Sequence record: NZ_CP010801.1
DNA: 64,000 nucleotides
Origin: a plasmid
Reading direction: 5' to 3' (one strand)
The position numbers were made by a program, and so were the translations under genes. Under the pieces are notes generated by a model, which saw only the letters and a list, made by a program, of their open reading frames with translations, made no database searches and was not told the origin of the DNA. Positions 58,093-64,000 of this stretch are shown piece after piece (position 1 is the first letter of the stretch; every line of letters starts with the position of its first letter).

Positions 58093-59268
58093 ATGCAAAC
58101 GCTCTTACCGCTCAACTTCGTTCCGCGCACGCCACCCGCTTCTTTCTGGCAGCCGGTCAGCGCAAAGACGGACTTGCCGCCCGTGACCACCACGCCGGAG
58201 GTTGCCGCCGCGCTCTCTCGCGACTGCGTGGTCGCCGTGGGCGTGAGCGGCGGCAAGGATTCAGTCGCGTGCGCGCTCGCCACCGCGCGCTATTTGGATG
58301 AGATCGGGCACACTGGTCCGCGCGTGCTGATCCACTCGGATCTGGGGCGCGTCGAGTGGCGCGACAGCCTGCCATCATGCGAGCGCCTGGCGCACGCGCT
58401 GGGCTGGGAACTGCTGGTCGTCACGCGCCAAGCCGGCGACATGCTGGCGCGATGGGAGGGCCGATGGCAAAACAACGTCAAGCGCTATGCTGACCTGGCT
58501 TGCGTCAAGCTGATACTGCCGTGGAGCACGCCGTCTATGCGCTTCTGTACGAGCGAGCTCAAGGTCGCCATCATCTCGTCGGCGCTGCGCAAGCGATGGC
58601 CGACGCAGGAGATCGTCAACGTGTCGGGCATCCGCCGCCAGGAAAGCGCCGCACGAAGCAAGATGCCTGTGTCAGTGCGCATGCCAAAGCTTTGCCGGAA
58701 AGGAGCCGAAGGGCTTTCATGGCACCCGATCATCGAGTGGAAGGTGCAGGAGGTGTTCGGAGCCATCGCGGACGCGGGCCTGCAGCTGCACGAGGCCTAT
58801 ACGCGCTATGGCATGAGCCGCGTCAGCTGCGCGTTCTGCATCATGTCGTCGGCTGCCGACCTGGAGGCCTCTGTGTCGTGTATCGACAACCAGCCGGTCT
58901 ACCTGCAGATGGTCGAGCTCGAGGCTGCCAGCACGTTCGGATTCCAGTCTGGGCGTTGGCTGGCCGATGTCGCACCCCATCTGCTATCCACGGACCTGCA
59001 AGCCAAGGTGGAGCGTGCCAAGCTGGCCGCTGCCGAGCGTGAAGCCTTGGAGGCCAGGCTGCCGGCACACCTGCTGTACACCGGCGGCCTGCCAACGGCT
59101 GTGCCGACGTTCGATGAGGCTACCTTGGTCGGGCAGATCCGCCGGCGGGTTGCCGAGCTTGTCGGCATCGAGGTCAGGTATCTCCATGCCGCCGAAATCC
59201 GCGACCGATACGCGGAGCTTCTTGATCGGCGCGAGGAGCATGCGCCGAACTCTCTCGTCATCGTTTGA
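58093..59268 (+). CDS. PAPS-reductase-like PP-loop ATP pyrophosphatase family protein
   Basis: 391 aa from the internal ATG. PP-loop VVAVGVSGGKDSVACALA. PAPS reductase / DndC-like fold family. Confidence 0.7.
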   Translation: MQTLLPLNFVPRTPPASFWQPVSAKTDLPPVTTTPEVAAALSRDCVVAVGVSGGKDSVACALATARYLDEIGHTGPRVLIHSDLGRVEWRDSLPSCERLAHALGWELLVVTRQAGDMLARWEGRWQNNVKRYADLACVKLILPWSTPSMRFCTSELKVAIISSALRKRWPTQEIVNVSGIRRQESAARSKMPVSVRMPKLCRKGAEGLSWHPIIEWKVQEVFGAIADAGLQLHEAYTRYGMSRVSCAFCIMSSAADLEASVSCIDNQPVYLQMVELEAASTFGFQSGRWLADVAPHLLSTDLQAKVERAKLAAAEREALEARLPAHLLYTGGLPTAVPTFDEATLVGQIRRRVAELVGIEVRYLHAAEIRDRYAELLDRREEHAPNSLVIV

Positions 59269-59552
59269 TCCTGAACATCGCTATGAGTCCATCTAATCTC
59301 GATGCCCCTGGGTACGGCAATGCCCTGGACGTCCTGCGTCGCATCGTGGAGGAAGCTGACCGTGATCCATTCATACCGGTCGGCCACGTCATTGAGCACG
59401 TCGTGCCGCAGGCGCGCGCCGCTCTCGCGGCAGCGCTTGCCGACGAGGTGTGCCAGTTCTGCGGCGTGCGGACCTTTTCGCCGTGCGATGCCCCGCCTGC
59501 TGATGTGTGCGAGCAGGCTTTGATGCGTAATATGACGATGGCCGAGCGCTAA
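59265..59552 (+). CDS. small hypothetical protein
   Basis: 95 aa. Its start overlaps the upstream stop. Contains a CQFCG...C motif. Confidence 0.35.
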   Translation: MILNIAMSPSNLDAPGYGNALDVLRRIVEEADRDPFIPVGHVIEHVVPQARAALAAALADEVCQFCGVRTFSPCDAPPADVCEQALMRNMTMAER

Positions 59553-59628
59553 TTAAGGGCGAGGAGTAGAACGTTAGGCGCTTTGGATCGGCCTGCGCAC
59601 CTGTCTTGCCTGAATGAAGCCGAGATAT

Positions 59629-60744
59629 ACTGTACATATATGTGGGGTATCCACTTAGCTCCACCAGCACAGGATAACTGGATGGATATACAGTATTCGT
59701 ATGCTACACCGTCTCGACCCGGTTCACTACATCCGCATACGTCACAGGGCCGGTAACGACCGCTTGCTGAAGCAGCCGATAGAACAAGAGACCGCGCGAG
59801 CCCGAGGTGCGGCGATTGAAGCGGAACACGAACTCATCCAGGTAGGCGTCCAGATGTTCGGGCTGAACCGAGCCGTGATGCGTGCCGAGAATCCAGCGTT
59901 TGACCAGTGAAGCAACCCGATGAACGCCAGCCATCGAAACGTGAGCTGGCACCTCGGCACCCAGCATCACATTGCGCTGGTGTTCGTAACCCAGCTTGCT
60001 CAATGTCCGGTAGGCTGCTGACCCGTCAGTTCTGACTTGGGCGCCAGGCTCAATCGACGCCTGTATGAACGGGATGACGCATTCGGCGCCATCGTTCTGG
60101 ATGCGCTGCAAGCGTATCCGGCCGAAGCCCTTGGGCTGAAGCATTTCGACCGCAAGGATGACCAGCACTTTGCTCGTGCGGTTCTTGCGGTTGATGGCCG
60201 AGATAGGGGCCTCTCGGTCCGTGATGGCCAGGTAGGTCTCGTCAACCTCTACACACCCCTTCAGGCGTTCGCGGTCCGGTCGCACCATAGCGCGGCGAAA
60301 CCGGTGCAGCATCGTCCAAGCGGTCTGGTAGCTTCCCAGGCCTAGCACCCGTTGCAAACCAAGGGCGCTGACGCCTTGCTTTTGATTGGTCAGATACCAC
60401 GCACCAGCCAGCCACACACGTAGCGGGGTACGGGTCTTGTCGAATATCGTGCCAGCGGTCACCGTCGTTTGGTGAGCGCAACTGCGACACATCAGGCGCG
60501 TGCGGCTCGACCGATAAGGCTCGGCCGCTACGCCGCAATCAGGGCAAACGAACCCCTGCGGCCACCGCAATCCCTCCAGGTAGGACAGGCAAGCCTCTTC
60601 CGTCCCGAACCGGTCCAGAAACTCGTTCCAGTTACGGGGGTAGTCCTTCCCCGGTTCTGGGGGTAATATCTGCTTTACCTGTATATCCATCCAGTGATTC
60701 TGGCATGGCTGGAGCTAAGTGGATAGCCCTTACATATATACAGT
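59629..60744. mobile_element. IS1595-family insertion sequence (approximate ends)
   Basis: A single 328-aa transposase gene is flanked by imperfect inverted repeats of about 65 bp (ACTGTACATATATGTGGGGTATCCACTTAGCTCC... on the left, its reverse complement on the right). Total length is about 1.1 kb. Confidence 0.65.
59704..60690 (-). CDS. IS1595-family transposase (ISXO2-like, zinc-ribbon N-terminus + DDE domain)
   Basis: N-terminal zinc ribbon CPDCG...CRSC, then a DDE transposase domain (ISXO2-like). The start codon lies inside the IR. Confidence 0.85.
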   Translation of the reverse strand: MDIQVKQILPPEPGKDYPRNWNEFLDRFGTEEACLSYLEGLRWPQGFVCPDCGVAAEPYRSSRTRLMCRSCAHQTTVTAGTIFDKTRTPLRVWLAGAWYLTNQKQGVSALGLQRVLGLGSYQTAWTMLHRFRRAMVRPDRERLKGCVEVDETYLAITDREAPISAINRKNRTSKVLVILAVEMLQPKGFGRIRLQRIQNDGAECVIPFIQASIEPGAQVRTDGSAAYRTLSKLGYEHQRNVMLGAEVPAHVSMAGVHRVASLVKRWILGTHHGSVQPEHLDAYLDEFVFRFNRRTSGSRGLLFYRLLQQAVVTGPVTYADVVNRVETV

Positions 60745-60759
60745 TGTTTCGAGGGTGTC

Positions 60760-61163
60760 ATGGAAGTGCATGTAACGCCACTTAAAAGCAAGGGACAGAC
60801 CAAACAAAAGTGGTTACGGGCAATGGGCAACGCAGTTGGAACGCTGAGAATCCGAGACAAGCGCGATACCGTTAATCTTCGCAGCACGCGCGTTGCAGAG
60901 CTCTTCAACCACCGCCCCGTCCGCGCCGAGGGCGAGAAGTGGATCCTGTTCGATGTCCAACTTGTCTGGGCCAAGGGGGGCAGTTCCTGCTGTCCGGCTA
61001 CGAGCGCCACGTCCAGTGGAACGGCGACACTACGGATTACGCCCAGAGTTGGCTCGTCAGCGTGCCGGCGCCGGGAACGTCGGTCGCGATCGTCCCAGAC
61101 ACCGTCGAGGCACCAAAACAGACGCCGATCGAAGACCCGGCTGCCGGCAGCCTACGCATTTGA
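60760..61163 (+). pseudogene. hypothetical gene interrupted by a frameshift in a G6 homopolymer (60975..60980)
   Basis: Frame A (MEVHVTPLKSKGQ...VWAKGG) and a +1 frame (QFLLSGYERHVQWNGDTTDYAQSWLVSVPAPG...SLRI*) join into one 134-aa protein if the G-run were 7 nt. GAGGG RBS. Confidence 0.45.
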
Positions 61164-61169
61164 CCAACA

Positions 61170-61814
61170 ATGAATACATCTGATAGCGGGTTCGTAGAAG
61201 TCAAAAGCAAAGTAGCAAAGCCCGAATTGCAGGCATTCATGGAACACCTGAGCGCCTTCCATGAGGGCGACACGGATGCCCAGCGGGCGGCAGAGATCCG
61301 CGCTCAGGACGAGAACGACGGCCTGGATTCACTGAAGCGCCTATTCGATCTGGCGAACGGGAGCAGTGGACAGTGCCGTCACGTCGCGCGCTTCCTGCTT
61401 GGTCTGTACAACGGCACTCGATTCCCGTTCGATCTGACTGACTTCCGATGCGTTGATGCCTCGATCTTTGAGGACATGATGCGAGTGCTGCGGATGGACA
61501 GCCGGCCACGGGCAGAAGTCCACACGTATTTCCCGCGCGGCGGCGAGCGTTTCGAGCAACTGGCGCAGGACTGGAATCTGTACAAGACCGAGTGGGAGCC
61601 GGCGGGCAGCGGGTTCACGCGCAGACGCAGCGCGTACCGCCTCGACATCGAGGCAGGCGTGCGCGGCGAGACGCTGGTGTGGAAGTGGTCTGTATCGCGG
61701 TGGGGCGGCGACAGTAAAAAGGTTGCCAGCGGCGCGGCATGGTCGGCCGAGAGTGCGAAGTACGAGATTGATGCCTGGTTCGAGCGCGGCGGCGAGACGC
61801 CTTACGAAGACTGA
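61170..61814 (+). CDS. hypothetical protein
   Basis: 214-aa ORF with protein-like composition and a conserved-looking segment CRHVARFLLGLYNGTRFPFDLTDFRCVD. Confidence 0.5.
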   Translation: MNTSDSGFVEVKSKVAKPELQAFMEHLSAFHEGDTDAQRAAEIRAQDENDGLDSLKRLFDLANGSSGQCRHVARFLLGLYNGTRFPFDLTDFRCVDASIFEDMMRVLRMDSRPRAEVHTYFPRGGERFEQLAQDWNLYKTEWEPAGSGFTRRRSAYRLDIEAGVRGETLVWKWSVSRWGGDSKKVASGAAWSAESAKYEIDAWFERGGETPYED

Positions 61815-61816
61815 CA

Positions 61817-62578
61817 ATGAAAACGGATCTGATCGAAAAGTACGCACCGGTGCTCTGTGCGTCGACACCTCCAGTGGTGCGTGACCCACGCCTATTGATG
61901 GATGCAAGCGGCGACGTGAAGATCTACTATGCGCCCTTCGAATACATCAACCCGAGTGCACGGCTCGTGCTGGTCGGGATCACACCGGGCCCCACCCAGA
62001 TGGTCAATGCCAACAACGAGGCGCGGCGCGCTCTTCAGGCGGGCAAGTCCAGCATCGAGGCGATGCAGGCCGGAAAGAGCGTCGGCGCTTTCAGTGGCGA
62101 GCCGCTGCGGAGTAACCTGATCAATCAACTCAACCATTGGGGCTTCCAAAAGTGGCTCGGCCTGAGCGATTCGGCCGACCTATTCTCCAGGTCACAGCAC
62201 TTGGTGCAGACTACCTCTCTCCTACGCTATCCGGTGTTCGTCAAGGACGGTGATTACCGTGGCACTCCAGATATGACCAAGCATCCGCTGCTGCGGAAAT
62301 ACCTGCTCGAATACTTTGCGGCGGAGGTCGAGGAGCTCAAGGAAGCCGTATTTGTCGGTCTCGGGCCACAGGTCCAGAAGGTGCTCGATCGCCTGATCCA
62401 CGAGCGCGTCCTGAGTCCAGAACGGGTCATCGGCGGGATGCTGCACCCGTCCGGTAACTGCACATACCGAATCAACTATCTTATCGGTGACAGAAACGCG
62501 CCAGTCCCGCACGCCACCAACCCCGTGCCTTACGACCAGGGCCGACGAGCGTTTCGGGAGCGCTTCATTGGCGCGTGA
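61817..62578 (+). CDS. uracil-DNA glycosylase-superfamily protein (divergent motifs)
   Basis: A UDG-fold pattern reads ...ARLVLVGITPGPTQ... (family-4-like motif A position) and ...GGMLHPSGNC... (HPS motif B). The motifs deviate from the canonical GEGPG/HPSPLN. Confidence 0.45.
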   Translation: MKTDLIEKYAPVLCASTPPVVRDPRLLMDASGDVKIYYAPFEYINPSARLVLVGITPGPTQMVNANNEARRALQAGKSSIEAMQAGKSVGAFSGEPLRSNLINQLNHWGFQKWLGLSDSADLFSRSQHLVQTTSLLRYPVFVKDGDYRGTPDMTKHPLLRKYLLEYFAAEVEELKEAVFVGLGPQVQKVLDRLIHERVLSPERVIGGMLHPSGNCTYRINYLIGDRNAPVPHATNPVPYDQGRRAFRERFIGA

Positions 62579-62695
62579 TCGGGAGTCATATGAGCCGATG
62601 CGAACTGGCCGCCGTCTTGTTGCTGCTCGCTCATCGCACCGCGCTGTGCTGGCCATCAATGGCCGGTGAAAACCAGCTACCAGACAGAGACCGCA

Positions 62696-63022
62696 ATGAA
62701 ACGAACAATAGCTTTTGCCTTGCTCATCGCAGCGATACCGCTGTCATCGCACGCGTCTTGCACTGATTGGGGATTGTATGCAGTGCAGGTAGCCCAAATG
62801 CGAAACGGCGGGCTAGCCAAAGAGGCTGCAGAGGGGATGATGTGGCAACACTCTCTCAGCGGAGCGCTTGACGGAGAGAAGAACGAGACCAGCTTCAACG
62901 GGTTCGACCCCGTCCGGGCGAAGGAAGTCATCAAGTCTGTGTACGAATCGCACCACGCTCCCTCGTACTATGGGGTTGTTACGACGGATCTCTGTCACAC
63001 CCAGGCGTGGATTAAGCAGTAG
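62696..63022 (+). CDS. small secreted protein, hypothetical
   Basis: MKRTIAFALLIAAIPLSSHA-SCTDW signal peptide. About 108 aa. Confidence 0.45.
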   Translation: MKRTIAFALLIAAIPLSSHASCTDWGLYAVQVAQMRNGGLAKEAAEGMMWQHSLSGALDGEKNETSFNGFDPVRAKEVIKSVYESHHAPSYYGVVTTDLCHTQAWIKQ

Positions 63023-63134
63023 AAGACAATGCACTGAGGAAATACGCGGGCGGTGCCGGCAGAAGATGAGCCGCTTACCGGCCGGCGTGCCGGTCGTAAA
63101 GACAAAAATGCCTCACCAATCGAAAGGGGGAGAG

Positions 63135-63413
63135 ATGAAATATCTGCTGATCATTTCCGCGTCCATGGTTGCTCTCGCTGGTTGTGCGGCCCAGCGGGCA
63201 GCTAGTGACTGCGAAGCAATGGGGTACACCCGTGGCACACCAGAGTTTTCTCAATGCGCGGAGCGGCAGGTCGCTGCACGCAGAGAGCGGTTGATGGAAA
63301 TGCGTGGGCAGGATGCGGCGATCTCGATCCAGTGCGAAAAATCATCGCAAGGTATCTTTGGGCGCAACACCGGCCGCACCGATTGCCCGCACCCAGCCGG
63401 GATGGTGAAGTGA
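63135..63413 (+). CDS. small lipoprotein, hypothetical
   Basis: MKYLLIISASMVALAGC lipobox. AAGGGGGAGAG RBS. 92 aa. Confidence 0.55.
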   Translation: MKYLLIISASMVALAGCAAQRAASDCEAMGYTRGTPEFSQCAERQVAARRERLMEMRGQDAAISIQCEKSSQGIFGRNTGRTDCPHPAGMVK

Positions 63414-63424
63414 CCACGCGCAAT

Positions 63425-63643
63425 TCAGACAAACAGGCGTAACTGGCCGCGCTGCTCCAGGTGTTCTCGCACAGCCTGATCGGTGCCTGGCTTCGTGAGC
63501 GGATGGACAGCACGACAGGTGGAGCAGATCCAGTTCTCGGTCGGTTGGTCGGCGCCAAACGGCGTCATCGCCGGGGCGTCCGGCGTGTGATGGCGCAGCA
63601 CCCCGCAGGTGTCGCAAGCAAGCCATTTGGTAAGTGGTTTCAT
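63425..63643 (-). CDS. small zinc-ribbon protein, hypothetical
   Basis: CDTCG...CSTC pair of CxxC motifs. 72 aa. Confidence 0.4.
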   Translation of the reverse strand: MKPLTKWLACDTCGVLRHHTPDAPAMTPFGADQPTENWICSTCRAVHPLTKPGTDQAVREHLEQRGQLRLFV

Positions 63644-63662
63644 GCGCGATCCCATCACCTTG

Positions 63663-64000
63663 TCAAACCTTGCGGATCGAGCCGCTGTACTGCGCTACGA
63701 TCGGGTCGGCCGTAACTAGAAGGATGCCTTCCACCAGCGACTGCGCCACCAGGATGCGGTCGAATGGATCCTTGTGCAAAGGCGGCAGGCTATCGACCAT
63801 GACCGTGTGCTCACTGGTGATGGGTAATTCCAGATAGCCATTGTCTAAGAGCCCTCGGCGTAGCAGCCTGGGATCAACGCGAAAGTCCTGCCGGCCCAGT
63901 CCTCGCTTGATAGCCACCTCCCACAGGCTGGCAGCGCTGAACACCAGCTCGTGCGTCGGGTCCTGGATGAGAGCGAGCGTGTCGCGCGACAGCTTGTCAG
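63663..64000 (-). CDS. VapC-family PIN-domain toxin, partial (N-terminus beyond window end)
   Basis: The frame reads ...DKLSRDTLALIQDPTHELVFSAASLWEVAIKRGLGRQDF...LPPLHKDPFDRILVAQSLVEGILLVTAD..., a typical VapC PIN C-terminal region. Confidence 0.75.
   Translation of the reverse strand, partial: DKLSRDTLALIQDPTHELVFSAASLWEVAIKRGLGRQDFRVDPRLLRRGLLDNGYLELPITSEHTVMVDSLPPLHKDPFDRILVAQSLVEGILLVTADPIVAQYSGSIRKV

Noticed and set aside
62575-62766. 63-aa plus-strand ORF
   Set aside because: It overlaps the better-supported signal-peptide protein gene (62696..63022) in another frame and has no features.

Overview
High-GC (about 65%) betaproteobacterial-type DNA. The window is a mosaic of mobile elements, a conjugative/pilus region and an accessory nucleic-acid-modification region.
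(1) 324..11762 is a Tn501-type mercury-resistance transposon (merRTPADE, urf2, res, tnpR, tnpA). Its tnpA is split by a precise 3204-bp IS1071 copy flanked by a 5-bp GTTGA target duplication.
(2) 11.9..17.5 kb holds a second Tn3-family module: an EamA/DMT transporter with a His-rich tail, a 432-aa tyrosine recombinase and a 991-aa TnpA.
(3) 19.8..30.6 kb is a Trb-type type IV secretion operon in the order trbB-C-D-E-J-(K)-L-F-G-I, with no coupling protein or relaxase in the window.
(4) The Trb operon runs directly, through 1-4 bp gene overlaps, into a type IVb thin-pilus cluster at 30.6..43.4 kb (lipoprotein, secretin PilN, PilO/P-like, assembly ATPase, platform protein, pilin, PilT-like ATPase, PilV-like adhesin).
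(5) 43.5..52.1 kb carries a CAP-domain lipoprotein, a ribbon-helix-helix protein with an inverted-repeat operator, and a tightly coupled operon: membrane protein, bactofilin, YfbR-like HD nucleotidase, flavoprotein, ATP-grasp protein, secreted DRGH nuclease, small protein, double zinc-ribbon protein.
(6) 52.8..54.2 kb has an H-NS-like protein followed by about 1 kb of non-coding DNA with internal structured repeats.
(7) 54.2..59.3 kb is a candidate DNA/nucleotide-modification cluster, and looks like the most novel part of the window. It encodes an RNAP alpha-CTD-like protein, a C5-cytosine methyltransferase, a nucleoside 2-deoxyribosyltransferase-like protein, a DUF5131 (Gp37/Gp68) protein, a Cys-rich protein and a PAPS-reductase-like PP-loop enzyme.
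(8) The right end holds an IS1595-family IS, a G-run-frameshifted gene, a UDG-superfamily protein and a partial VapC PIN toxin at the window edge.
No CRISPR array, tRNA or rRNA gene was seen.
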